DNA of 63,522 bases, the filler included, from Rhabdomonas costata (taxonomy: Eukaryota): NCBI GenBank assembly GCA_019059605.1. It is 52 parts of 52 records of this genome, joined end to end, with 100 filler letters (N's around TTAATTAATTAA, not from the genome) between each part and the next. Parts side by side here need not be neighbours in the genome. Positions count along the whole stretch, not along the records: positions 36,709 to 37,832 come from JAHMHO010027412.1; positions 37,933 to 39,056 come from JAHMHO010027413.1; positions 39,157 to 40,280 come from JAHMHO010027414.1; positions 40,381 to 41,504 come from JAHMHO010027415.1; positions 41,605 to 42,728 come from JAHMHO010027416.1; positions 42,829 to 43,952 come from JAHMHO010027417.1; positions 44,053 to 45,176 come from JAHMHO010027418.1; positions 45,277 to 46,401 come from JAHMHO010027419.1; 44 more parts are not named here. One strand, given 5' to 3'. Shown here one piece after another: positions 37,574 through 49,313 of the stretch. The translations under genes were made by a program, and so were the position numbers. Position 1 is the first letter of the stretch. Every line of letters starts with the position of its first letter. The notes under the pieces were generated by a model, which saw only the letters and a program-made list of their open reading frames with translations, ran no database searches and was not told the DNA's origin.

Positions 37574-38870
37574 CTGTGACAAGAACGGTGACGCGTCGTA
37601 ACACGAGGGAGTGGCGAGAAAAGCAAGCGAGTCCCACATTTCCATCCTGCTCTCTCTCTCTCTCTCGTTTGGGGCATGAAGAACGGCCAATTCAATGAGG
37701 GACGAAATGAGAAGACTTCCCTAATTATCACTTCATGCCGCAAAATGGGGAAAAGTTTATGGTACCTCAACTGGAGCCGTAACCTCCAGAGGACAACCTT
37801 GTTTCAGCGCCACCTCGCAAAACAAAAAAAACNNNNNNNNNNNNNNNNNNNNNNNNNNNNNNNNNNNNNNNNNNNNTTAATTAATTAANNNNNNNNNNNN
37901 NNNNNNNNNNNNNNNNNNNNNNNNNNNNNNNNAGGGAAGCCAAAGGAGGACGCACGCACATCCTCAGATTATTTCAATAAATGCGATGAAGGGGGCCAGT
38001 GTTGTGCTTGCTATAGTTTCGGGTGCGCTTTCCCTGCCGGCGAAAACGAACCAGTGCGAGATGTTTTTGCTTTTCATTTTCATGTCATAAGCAATGGCCA
38101 TCGATTCACTGTCGCATTGCGCCGCGTTTTCAACCGCCAGCCGGCATCCCGAGCGTATTAGGGCTCTCTGCGTGATGTGATGGGCTTTACTTTCAAGGAC
38201 GCTTAATTTATTGATGGCTAAGGCATTTGGAGTGCTTTGGTTGGCTGTGTACGCCGTGCGCGCCACGCCAGGTTCACAGAAAGCTCAGCCCAATTTTACA
38301 TTCTTGTGTGTGGTGAGGGATGCTCGTTTCCCGGGAGTGAGCTTACCCGTTGCCTTCGTTTCGATGCGACAACCTCAACTCCATCTTTCTAATATCACAT
38401 CATGACTCAGTGCATTTTTTCTCCACCATGTTTCAGTTTCTTTTTGGTCTCCTCCCTCGAGTTCTCACTTTCTCCATCTCTTCCTCCCCACACCCGGGCC
38501 GCACTTTCATTTTGTCTTACCGCTCTGGCTGCAACAAAATAGCATAAGTTAAGTTTAACTGTGAGCAATTGCTGCTGTAGAATTCTATGGGTTCTGAACG
38601 GAAGGCACTCTGCAGTGGACGACGAAAAAATTACCAGGGTTTGATCTGTTTGACCTTCGGTTAACGGGACCGCGGATCCATTTGGATTCTCGACTCCTAA
38701 AATTCACCACAACACATTCGTAAGGATTTCGGGGATCTTCAGATTCCGAACGAAAAAGCGCCAGCCCGAACACACCCACAACCTTGCCACAGTGCTAATG
38801 TGAGGACCAGATGACACCAAACAGAAACAGAAACAGGTAATAAAAGTGCAACGGTGTGCAAGCGGCATAC

Positions 38871-38975
38871 GAAGGCAGCAGTCGCTCTGGTAGCAGCTCA
38901 GCGTGGCGCACACCGTGCTGGTGGCCAGCGCGGTTGTGCCGGAGGGGCACGTGAACGAGGTGCACGTCGGGTTGG
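38871..38975 (-). CDS. Symmetric phase-1 exon encoding one Cys-rich surface-protein repeat
   Basis: NPTCTSFTCPSGTTALATSTVCATLSCYQSDCCL; 105 nt; CAG acceptor and GTATGC donor. Confidence 0.65.
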
Positions 38976-40544
38976 CTGCGCAAGAGACAGGGGTGCGTCA
39001 CCATCGAAACCCTTCTGCGGGGCACATGCCCACATAGCGCAGTCAAAAAACCTCATNNNNNNNNNNNNNNNNNNNNNNNNNNNNNNNNNNNNNNNNNNNN
39101 TTAATTAATTAANNNNNNNNNNNNNNNNNNNNNNNNNNNNNNNNNNNNNNNNNNNNGGGTGGTGGTTCGTGGACTGCAGGAAGTCGACGGCTCGCCGCCC
39201 GTCAAAGGCGACGCCGCACTGCACGAACCACCGCAGACGGTGCAGCCACGTGCCCTGCCGACTCGGTGACTCCCTCGGGGTTTTCGCTGTGTGTGACGCG
39301 AGACCCGAGTGGCAGCGAACACCATTACGGGTTGCTAGGGGAGGGATGCGGTGTAAAGTAACATAAAAGGCAAATGGAAAATGAAGGAAAATGAGAGATC
39401 AGATATATCAGTAACTGTTCTGATTATTGCGTGCGAAAATGGAGACCGTTCTCGCGCGCGAGTTTTCTCTTCGCCAACATGCGGCCTGTTTCTTGGATGG
39501 TTCTTGTTGCCGTTTGTGATGCTCGTGTACTGTTTACTGGACTCGACGAGGACTCAGAAGCTGGAATGGGGTCTTTTGTAAATACCGCAGGCAAGGGACA
39601 AGGGTTTAACACACCAAGCATATTACACCCAGATTTGCACAGCTACCTCCCTTCCAAAAAAGACGAAACAGATAAGGCAGTCAATTTATCCATGCACCCC
39701 CTCCACTCATTAATACTCACTTTTCACCGAAGTTCTCTTTTCTGCTTCTTTTGTAATCTCGCTTGGATCTTCGAACCACCAGTCCTCAGTCACAGCAAGC
39801 ATACGACCATCAATGGATCCCAGAAGCACAAACAGGCAAGAGGGACCCACCCCCTAGTGCGGTCTCTAGCTCCAGTCGTTATCTCCAAGAATAAAAACAT
39901 ACATGGAGGCAAATATCAAAAACAATCCCCAATTGCTGTCTAAAACGTTGTACTGCGCATTTCCAGACAATTTGAACCCTCGCGGAGCGTCCCCTTGACA
40001 GTCCCACCATCTTCAGATTCTTTGTAGAGGGATCATACCGCTGCTGAGCGTCTCTGAGAGCTGCCCCTCGTCCAAGCAGCACAGCAGGGCGGCAATCATC
40101 GCACCACTGGAGCTACCGCACAAAACCCTTTGCGACGAGGCGAATGCAAATGCCAAGCAAAGCGACGAGCCAGAAAGCGTTGCACTTCTCCGAAAGCATC
40201 CAACTTCCAGAGTTCTCCGGCGCAAACAGAATGCTCGGAATGCAAGGGCTATAAGTTGAAATAGGCAAACAAACGTAGTGNNNNNNNNNNNNNNNNNNNN
40301 NNNNNNNNNNNNNNNNNNNNNNNNTTAATTAATTAANNNNNNNNNNNNNNNNNNNNNNNNNNNNNNNNNNNNNNNNNNNNTGTTTTTTGTTTCGGACTTT
40401 GAATGGTGAAAGATGTGTTGAGTCTCTTCTTGGACTCTTCTTACCCCGTTTTCAATGCTTGCACCCATCATTGCGCAGACATTGCACCCCACTCTAGTAT
40501 TCAACCGTGGTTTAACGGGCACCCACCCAAACACATCCACACAC

Positions 40545-41398
40545 CGGTCCAGAAGTGAGATCGCTCAATCTTGTTGCATGAAGTGAGGTAGGTCAGCATG
40601 ACGTACTCCACCACGGCCCTCCTCTCTGGGCTGGGCGGCACGCTGCGGTCGGGCGTGGACCAGCACGAGGCCTGCATGTCAATCGGTCGGGTCTGCAGCG
40701 GGACCCCACTGACCCACCCAATCATCGCGGCATCCACCACGGAGGCAGGAGGAGCACAAGGGGGCTGAGTCTTCATTCGCCGCTTGCGAACCGCCTCGCA
40801 ATATGCAATCTAGGCGGAAAGGAAATGTAAGGAAGATCATCTCTGCCCTTTCTGGACTTCGGACTATGGAAAGTAACAATGAGAAAAAGAGCACTCAGTC
40901 AGAGCATCTAAAATCGAGAGGCAATGACAAGGACTTGCCACATGCAGATACAGCAGCCAAAACGCAACTGGTGTGAAGGTGCGAGGATAGCCAAATAAAA
41001 CATCTGGATGGACTTCACTTGCTGTGCAATGTGCTTCAACAAAGAGGGAGCACGACCCCTCGAATGCTCTCCCACAACCCGAGAAAATGCATGTTAAAAC
41101 AAACGCGGTAGCCAAGATACAGCTCAGGCTGTGACTTGACAACCAAAAACAACGAACACTAAGAAGTGGAAGAAAAACTGAACTGAAAGGGCAGCAAGCG
41201 GAAAAGATTCACCCCCCCCCCCGCGAGCATTCGAATTGTTTCCCCAAGAGAGACACAAGGGGTGGGCTGGGGCGATTGGGCTGAACCAGTTTGCGCAGAG
41301 AGCCCAGCTGGTCTGGAGAGTGCTCCACGGTGCGCATAAGCCCAGTCAGGTCCAAGCGACGATGCACCACTGGTGGGGTCAGCCCGAAGCCCACCAGT
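40545..41398 (-). CDS. Possible Fam20/four-jointed-like atypical kinase; exons 41398-41287 and 40764-40545
   Basis: LVGFGLTPPVVHRRLD then VDAAMIGWVSG. The exons join in frame; the family call is by eye only. Confidence 0.35.
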
Positions 41399-42063
41399 CT
41401 GTTCAGCGAAGAGTTTGGACGAACGGCGACAGAAAAAAAACGGCCACCGCACACCGCACAACACGCAAGTTTCGCAATGTCAGAATTTTCGGCAACCCCA
41501 CACCNNNNNNNNNNNNNNNNNNNNNNNNNNNNNNNNNNNNNNNNNNNNTTAATTAATTAANNNNNNNNNNNNNNNNNNNNNNNNNNNNNNNNNNNNNNNN
41601 NNNNCTGGTGGTGTTGGCATGATGTCCCACAGAGGCAACGGTGTAACAACCCGATAAGCCCAACGTGTGGATGTTGTGTCGATGCCGCTATGAGGGGTTG
41701 CTGTGGACATGCCGTCAGGAGGCATCGGGTGGTTCAGCCCTCTGTAAGCCCTCTTGAGGACATGTACCGTAGTAGCACTGTGGTAGCGGTTGCCAAAGCC
41801 CACCGAAGTCAGACCCAACAGAGGGAATGATGCGAAGTGGAGGGCGCCGAGCCCGACATGCCACATCTACCTCTTCTATGGGTGAGTGAAACCGTGCTTA
41901 TGCCGGTGGAACGAACCATGGTGACGTAGTTGGGAGTGTAGGACTGAGCGTACCACCTTAGGGTGGGGAGCGAAGGACGTAAAGGGTGATATCCTGGTCG
42001 CATCTCGTGACCTCGATGCTCCTGTCTCTGCTGGTCGTGACTCCCGATGGTCGTCACTCCCTA

Positions 42064-42470
42064 AGTGCAGTGGTTCACTCGTTCCACCACCATAGGGTGC
42101 TTCCACTCCTTCACGAACTCAGAAGACAGAAGACAGAACTCAGACGGTCAGGATGCTCAGGCCTTCGCATCCTTCCCTCACGTGTGGTTCACTCCGCCAC
42201 CATAAGGTGCCTCCACTCACGAACTCAGAAGACAGAAGAGGAAGAGGGAAAGAGGGAACTCAAGACGTCGTCACTCCCCGGCTCACGTCGGTACGTTCCT
42301 CCTCTCCATGACGTCGTGACTCTCGGGTCCTCGAGTCCCTCCTCTGTGTGTGGTTCCCTCCACCGCCATGAGGCGCTTACGGTCACTGGGTCAAGACGTC
42401 AGGATGCTCGGTACCTCGCATCCTTCCTCTGTTCCTGGTCGCATGCTCCCCACCATAGGGATGGTACGCA
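42064..42470 (+). repeat. Degenerate direct-repeat region
   Basis: GTGGTTC(A/C)CTC..CCACCATA(G/A)G recurs (about 42070, 42184, 42350; CCACCATAGG again at 42450). CACGAACTCAGAAGACAGAAGA occurs twice. GTCAGGATGCTC..TCGCATCCTTCC occurs twice. Confidence 0.7.
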
Positions 42471-42498
42471 TGCTCTAATGAAGAGGGAAGATGAAGAC

Positions 42499-42700
42499 CG
42501 CCTACGGCGACGCTCTCACTGCGTTCGTGTCGCTACGCTCCACTCACTTCGTTCGTAATGCAGTGGTTCGCTTCGCTCCCCGCTACACGGGTCGCTAGCT
42601 CACGAAGACCAGGAAGAAGAGAAGAGGAGGCAGGAGCTGATGCGAGGGCCGACAAGGAGAGTAAAAGGGTTCTTGATGTCGGCATGCCTCGCTGCGCTCG
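42499..42700 (-). repeat. Cluster of GNA-triloop DNA mini-hairpin motifs
   Basis: Minus strand reads CGCC-GTA-GGCG (42499-42509), CGAAC-GCA-GTGAG (42515-42527), GGAGC-GTA-GCGAC (42529-42541), CGAAC-GAA-GTGAG (42543-42555), GGAGC-GAA-GCGAA (42567-42579), CGAGC-GCA-GCGAG (42688-42700). Confidence 0.7.
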
Positions 42701-42875
42701 TCATGCGCAGCGGACCGAACCACACCCCNNNNNNNNNNNNNNNNNNNNNNNNNNNNNNNNNNNNNNNNNNNNTTAATTAATTAANNNNNNNNNNNNNNNN
42801 NNNNNNNNNNNNNNNNNNNNNNNNNNNNTTTATTCTTATTTCCTAGACCTGAAAACGTATTTGAATCTAAGACTC

Positions 42876-43262
42876 CTACTTTTTCTGTTTTGCTTTTATG
42901 ATACCTGCCGAAATAGTACCTAATGGTTGAACATTACTATTTTTAGCATCTTGAATAAATGTATTATCTGCTTGATGAATTGCATTTAATGCTTTTTGTT
43001 TATTATTATCTTTTTTATATTGATCTTGAATTGCTTTATAAGATTTATCATGAGAAAGAGCTATATTATCTAATTGATTTATTGCTTCTTCACCAGCTCT
43101 TGGTTTTCCGTTAGAATCTAACCTTATATCTAATCTGGTATGAGGCCCTAGATAATTATAAAATGGAAAGTGACGTTCATTTGGATATTTTTCATAAGTG
43201 AACTTCTTTAATACATCATCAAATCCACCACCAGAATATAAACCATTTTTGTATGTCGTCAT
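42876..43262 (-). CDS. Parvovirus-type PLA2 (PLA2X-like) protein, 128 aa; probably frameshifted near the C-terminus
   Basis: YNYLGPHT, INQLDNIALSHDKSY (HD dyad), HQADNTF (second Asp). An alternative frame from 42885 continues EKVGVLDSNTFSGLGNKNK to the contig edge. Confidence 0.88.
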   Translation of the reverse strand: MTTYKNGLYSGGGFDDVLKKFTYEKYPNERHFPFYNYLGPHTRLDIRLDSNGKPRAGEEAINQLDNIALSHDKSYKAIQDQYKKDNNKQKALNAIHQADNTFIQDAKNSNVQPLGTISAGIIKAKQKK

Positions 43263-43282
43263 TTATATAATAAGTTAAGAAA

Positions 43283-43915
43283 TTAAAATACATGATCAGC
43301 ATCAACTATAATTATTCGGGCTGACCATCGTTCGTATAATTCCCCGGTTTGATTTACACCGATATTCAATTCTTTACCGTCCTGATCGACTAGCTGAAAA
43401 GTAATTGTATCTAAAATATGTTGTGTAACAGGAACATAAACACTCTTCTGAGGCCTGTACATTATGACAGAATATGGTTTTACGTCTGGTGTAATACTGC
43501 ATAATACATTTTTGCTTTGACTGTTATAATATGATCCATTCACGAATGACGCAAGAATTAATACATTTTGAATATTGTTTAATTGTGCGTTAGAACCTTC
43601 AGCATAGTCATTTACATGTGTAACTGGGCCTATTTTAGTTGTTGTCGCATCTGCCACATAGCCTAATATCTGCATTACATTATCTGTTCCTTGAATATTA
43701 ATACTGCATGTAGTACTCATAAAATGAACAAAACAATGAGATGTACTCAGGTCTGGTTCTAATATAAAAAGACCTGTAATCTGAACATCATCTTGTGTAA
43801 ATCTATTTATTTCATCTTGCATCGCCTGAATTGTGTAAAGACCTTGAGAAAAATAATGTGTATATGTTGTTGCTCCTACTGTGTAATTAAATCTATCATT
43901 TTTTCCTGTGAAAAT
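43283..43915 (-). CDS. Penton / minor capsid protein, copy 2 (5'-truncated by a fold-back at 43917-43947)
   Basis: 9 aa differences over the last 179 aa versus 3818-4606; the frame is open for 31 codons upstream of the track start. Confidence 0.8.
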   Translation of the reverse strand: MFTGKNDRFNYTVGATTYTHYFSQGLYTIQAMQDEINRFTQDDVQITGLFILEPDLSTSHCFVHFMSTTCSINIQGTDNVMQILGYVADATTTKIGPVTHVNDYAEGSNAQLNNIQNVLILASFVNGSYYNSQSKNVLCSITPDVKPYSVIMYRPQKSVYVPVTQHILDTITFQLVDQDGKELNIGVNQTGELYERWSARIIIVDADHVF

Positions 43916-44601
43916 ATGATAGATTTAATTACACAGTAGGAGCAACAAACAANNNNNNNNNNNNNNNNNNNNNNNNNNNNNNNNNNNNNNNNNNNNTTAA
44001 TTAATTAANNNNNNNNNNNNNNNNNNNNNNNNNNNNNNNNNNNNNNNNNNNNATTTCTTGCTGGTGACGTCGTCGGGCTTTGAAATGGCATCTTTTTTTT
44101 GGGGGGGGGGGGTGCGTTGAACGTTAAGCACCGCTCGACATTCACGCTTAGTGATGCCCCTTAAATTTCTGCTTTTCTCTCGGAATATTGTAAATTCTAA
44201 ATTTCAATAATTCGATCGTGCCTTTCCGTTCGAAAATGAGTTTGAACGGAAATTTTTCCATGTATACTTCGGGCTGCACTTTTTTACACTTTCCCTCATG
44301 GCACCCTTGCACTAGCAGTTGAACTGAAATCGGGTGTTTTTATGGTCAGTTGTCTTTTGCTTTGGATTTTTTCTGAACATTCTTATTATTAATCATTTTG
44401 TGGGGTGGGGTGGGGCTCTGATCGAAATTAGTTTATTTACAGCACCTAACCCCAAATAAATGAGTGGCCGACACTGTTTACATGACCCATGTTTACATAA
44501 CCTTACATAACCTTAACATCCTTAGAAGGGATTGGTGTGTTGTTCAGCAAGCCGGTGTGCCAGCGATAATCTTTGCTTTCGTTTTGCCTCTCCTCCTGCA
44601 G

Positions 44602-44668
44602 GCCCCGTCTTTCCATGACTACTGGGGAAACGTCGACAAGATCTGCTTCGGTTGGCCCGGTTCACCAG
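44602..44668 (+). CDS. Isolated exon of an unknown protein (APSFHDYWGNVDKICFGWPGSP)
   Basis: Pyrimidine tract-CAG acceptor and probable CAG|GCGAGT donor. Confidence 0.4.
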
Positions 44669-45304
44669 GCGAGTGGATGTACCCATTTGATTCTGAGGCG
44701 CCTGAGCCCTCCATGAATTTGGCTAAAACTGCTCCTGTTCCTGTTCCAGCTTGACTGCGAAAATACTCTTTTCCTTTCTTTCGGGTGTTGATTTCCGGGT
44801 CTCTGACCAACCAGGGCTTGGTCCGTTCCCTCTTTTCAAATAACGATAGTGAACGCTATCAACATTTTTCGTCGCAATCGTCTTTTTGTGACCGCTATCA
44901 CAACTGAGGTGATAGCGAACGCAATTGTCTTTTCCAGGCGTAAAAAAACACCTGCCTCAGGAACAAACCCTGGACAAAAAGAAATCATCCCTGCAGGGTA
45001 ACTAACTGGCCAACTGGCTAACAGGATAACTGCGATCTGCCATCAATCCAACAAATTTCCATGATGATGCTACCTATCATTCTCGAAGCCATTCAATACG
45101 AAGCCCCCCGAATGGGTATTCAGAAAATAAAAGTAAAACATCTCGGCAATAATTTTTATGGCTGACACCAAAAACCNNNNNNNNNNNNNNNNNNNNNNNN
45201 NNNNNNNNNNNNNNNNNNNNTTAATTAATTAANNNNNNNNNNNNNNNNNNNNNNNNNNNNNNNNNNNNNNNNNNNNGGGGGCTTTACGGGTCCATCTCAA
45301 CCGG

Positions 45305-46401
45305 TCAAGAGTCCGGCTCATCGCCGGGAAATGGTGACACCCACAGGCCCCCGGCCTGCGAATAAGCTGCCCCTAGCTGCCGAGCCACCGCTTTGCGGAG
45401 GGCGACTGCGACTCTCTGCCAGCATTGTTGTTGGAGTTGACCTGGAAACCTCGTGTCGCTATCGCTCACGAAGCGCTTCGCATACCGTGAGAAGAGCTGA
45501 GCCAGAAACCGCTCGCCCTCTTGGCCGTACGCTCCGAAAGTGTCTGCAGCCACGGGAACAAACTCGAGCCCTGACCGTCTGACTTGTTGTGCTTCGCCGC
45601 TTCTGCTTTATCAACGGCCGGGTGGCGTGTATCCCACTGGTGTGAAGGATTCAGGCTGTGTATGACGGTTGGATCAACAGCGGTATCTCGCCCGCGAGTC
45701 CAATGTGACAGCAGGAGGTCCGCCGGCCGTTCTCGACCCTGAACCTGGACTTCTGTGTCCACGAGGAGGCCGACATTATCCGCAATTTCCGCGACAGCTG
45801 CGCAAAAGCTGTTGTGTCGCTTCCACGTCCCCGCCTTTGGGCACGCGACTAGATGATCCCCAAACACGTCCTGAGGCTGACCGCAAAGATCACAGGGAGT
45901 ACCGGCCGCTGCAGCTGGGAGAAGCGGAAGTCCCAGATGAAAGTGAGTTAGCAGCAAGTACTCCCCTTTGTCAAAACGGAACCCGAGGTTGGCGTTTGGA
46001 GCCACACCCAGCCATGCACCTGCATGACGGTTGCCCAAGCTCAGAAGTCTCACCTTGTCCCGGAGAGGGGCATCTGCGAGAAGTTCCTTCTGAAGGAACA
46101 CATGTACTTTGTCAGCCCAGTAGTGCTGAGCAAACAGCTGATCCTTAACGATCTGACTCGGCTGAGGGAGGGTGCCCTGTGCAAGCCATTGCACTAGCTC
46201 CGGAGACTCTAACTGGTCGCAGAGGATGCGGGCAGAGGACCATAGGTTTGCTGTTGGAGGAGACGATTTGCTTTCTGTGGAGAACGCTCCCGAGTAGTCG
46301 GCCAAAGCCGAAGAGAAGTAGGCGGCACCGTGGGTCAGGGAAGGGCTTTGAATGCCGAACCCTCCGAGACGAATGGGAAGACAGCACTGCTTCCACGCGG
46401 C
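45305..46401 (-). mobile_element. 3' part of a CRE-like non-LTR retrotransposon (post-RT region, CCHC knuckle, restriction-like endonuclease), frameshifted near 45570
   Basis: WKQCCLPIRLGGFG, AGAWL..P, CDLC..DVFGDHLVAC, RHN, RPADLLL..AVD.TV, KHNK, then in another frame FVPVAADTFGAYG..QRVAVAL. Confidence 0.9.
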
Positions 46402-49115
46402 NNNNNNNNNNNNNNNNNNNNNNNNNNNNNNNNNNNNNNNNNNNNTTAATTAATTAANNNNNNNNNNNNNNNNNNNNNNNNNNNNNNNNNNNNNNNNNNN
46501 NTGTGGGTGTGTTCCCTTTTTCTGTTTGCCTTTTACAGCAGTGGCAAAAAGAGCCAGCAGCCACCAGGCATTCGATTTGGAACCCTTTGCAGCGAAAAAC
46601 GAGTCTATATCGCTTGATGTGCAGCGGATGCAAGGGCGGGGCGTTAAGATGAAGGGAAAAAGGAGTGAACAGGAACTTTAGGATTTTGGGGGAGCACTTG
46701 CGCACTTCGCACTGGATTGGGCATGCTTGATGCGAACATAAAACCGGTGGAATCTGCCAATAATGACAAACACACACGCTCGTTGACCCCCCCCCCACAC
46801 ACACGCCGCGAGCCTTTGTGTGTACAAGGTCTTCAGGACGATGGAGCAGTGCAGGGCAATACGAAATGGCTTGGCGAAACTTGACAACAGACAAATGCTC
46901 TCTTCATGCCAGTTTCTGCTTCGAAATCGTTTGCGTTGTGATCTGCCTCGTGCGAGGACTGAGAAAAGTTGGCGCTCAACTTCTTATTCCCATCCCAAGA
47001 AAAAGAATCAGACATTGGCACCGGAGAAGGAGGTCGAAAAAGGCAATGAGATCTCATACAAGCCTTTCCACCCCGATTCACCATACCAGAAGTAGCATGA
47101 CGACGGGAAGGATAAACCCCTGCGTTTCGGCAACAGAGTCCGGCACCAGGAGTGGGGATGCGTTCGGAATCGGAGTAGGGGAACTTGCCTCAGCCTCAGC
47201 ACGGGCACTGCCAGCGGTTTTCAGCCACGGAGTCCACACGCCGCCGTGCATCTGGACAAAACACCGGCATCCCCCCAGGAACCCTCCAGAGAATCCAGAG
47301 AATTGAGTATCGGTTGCCGCTTAGCTCGGATACGCAGCAACCTCTTCGGTAAGGCACCATATCGCACACGGGGGAGAAACCCCTTGGAGTACAAAGTCCC
47401 CGCACCCGCACGTGGTGGGCCCACGTCTCTTCGGTTCCAGGCGCGGTGAAGCCACTTTGGTTCGGGCACGTCGGCCCGAGCCAAGTCCGCCCCCTTCGGG
47501 TGCAAAGCTCCCGGTATGTGAATTGTCATTGACTGCCTCGCCAGGATCACAAGGAGACTATCTTCGTTGCTTGCTTCCGTCTCTTGCTTACCGCTACTTG
47601 CATGCCCCACTTGCCTTTATCCCCCNNNNNNNNNNNNNNNNNNNNNNNNNNNNNNNNNNNNNNNNNNNNTTAATTAATTAANNNNNNNNNNNNNNNNNNN
47701 NNNNNNNNNNNNNNNNNNNNNNNNNGGGTTGGGGGTGTTGGTTGTCCACCTCCGGAATGAGGAACACCTTGGTGACCTGGACCGTTACACGCTCCCCTGC
47801 TAGGACGGAGAACGTCCCAACAGACGGGCGACGGCCGATCACTCATGACGGTCCAGCTCTGGAAAATCACCTGTGTAAACTCTTCCTCTCGAACATCTCT
47901 GCACCAGACCTCCTTCCACTCAATTTGCATCACGCAGACAACACAAGCTCTTGAAAAACACCACATCACGCAACACGTTTTGGAAACACGCCACATACCA
48001 TCTGGAAACACCACGCAACCGCACACACATCTGGAATCACAATCCACATAGCACATCTCTGGAATCAGTCACAAAACCTGAGCTCTGATCAACACCATAT
48101 GTGGAAAGGATCTTCCATCTCTGAAACGTTTCAGAACCTCAACCAGGTGGGGGTCCAAAATATGTTAGGTTCTTGCCCAGCAGGTCTTCTCCGCTCCATG
48201 GTTTGTGTGGAATGGACATTCTCTCGTCAAGGCAAAGTGTCAGATAAACATCTGGTACCGGTCATTTGTGAAAATTACCACTCTGGAACCTTGCAAACCA
48301 TACACCGAGTAATACAAGCACTCGAACACGGCACAGTGGTCCCCCCTTATCCATCTGTTTCACCCCCACTGCCCGAACTTCTATCTACCACCTGTATATA
48401 CTTACACTCTCATCTCCACCGCGCGCCTCCACCGTTCGCACGTTTTTTGACGCTGTCACATTCGCTGACACATTCACCACCACCTCAAACGTTCCGTCAC
48501 ACGTTGACCCGCTTCATTGAAGATCTGTCATTGCGATCACTCGTTTGTCCAGCACCACACAACGAACGTGGTTTCCCATTGATGCTCTCACGTTTTACTC
48601 CCCCTCTTACCCTCACGTCTATGCCACATGACGTTTCGCATTTGTCTTCCTACTCCGCCACTAAAAAGCTGCCTCCATCATCACCGCTGACCTCGACCAA
48701 GGCTGTCTACAATTCCGCCATGCCAAGCGGTCAAGTACTCCGTACTGGAGACCCATGTCTCCACTTCTGGCCACCTGTGGAACCTTCCTCACCACCCACA
48801 AACCTGAAGAGCCCGGCACCGTTCTCAGGGTTGCCACTACCAAAACAAANNNNNNNNNNNNNNNNNNNNNNNNNNNNNNNNNNNNNNNNNNNNTTAATTA
48901 ATTAANNNNNNNNNNNNNNNNNNNNNNNNNNNNNNNNNNNNNNNNNNNNGTGGTGGGTGTGTGTGGTGTTTTGGGGATCGTAACATCTGCTTGGAAATCT
49001 TAGGCTTGAACCGCCATTCCTTGCAATAAAAAAGGGGCGAATCCAACAAGAGTGGTGGGGGTCCGCTCCTTCTCCCTTCTAACCACACCCTCCCCTCTCC
49101 TACACCGGTATCTAG

Positions 49116-49313
49116 GCTGGAGTGGGCGGGCCCGTCGGCGCGGTGGCCCGGCAGTACGCCTGCCCCGTGTATAAGACCCTCAGGAGGGCGGGCACGCTCT
49201 CCACCACGGGGCACTCCACGAACTTCATCCTGGCCCTGGAGCTGCCCTCGGACGAGCCCGAGGCCCACTGGGTGGGCCGCGGCGTTGCGGCCTTCACGGA
49301 GGTCGTGCAGTGA
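49116..49313 (+). CDS. Axonemal (inner-arm-type) dynein heavy chain, terminal exon
   Basis: [35 protein letters not shown] followed by TGA. Confidence 0.93.
   Translation, partial: AGVGGPVGAVARQYACPVYKTLRRAGTLSTTGHSTNFILALELPSDEPEAHWVGRGVAAFTEVVQ

Larger units (their letters stand above)
42829..43917 (-). mobile_element. Fragment of a Polinton/Maverick-like virus, copy 2
   Basis: Colinear homolog of about 3972-4802 with the same penton-PLA2 gene order; AT-rich and intronless. Confidence 0.85.

Noticed and set aside
41605-42000. rRNA fragment or group II intron
   Set aside because: Only short chance-level resemblances; I found no conserved rRNA core or intron domain V. An Rfam scan would settle it.
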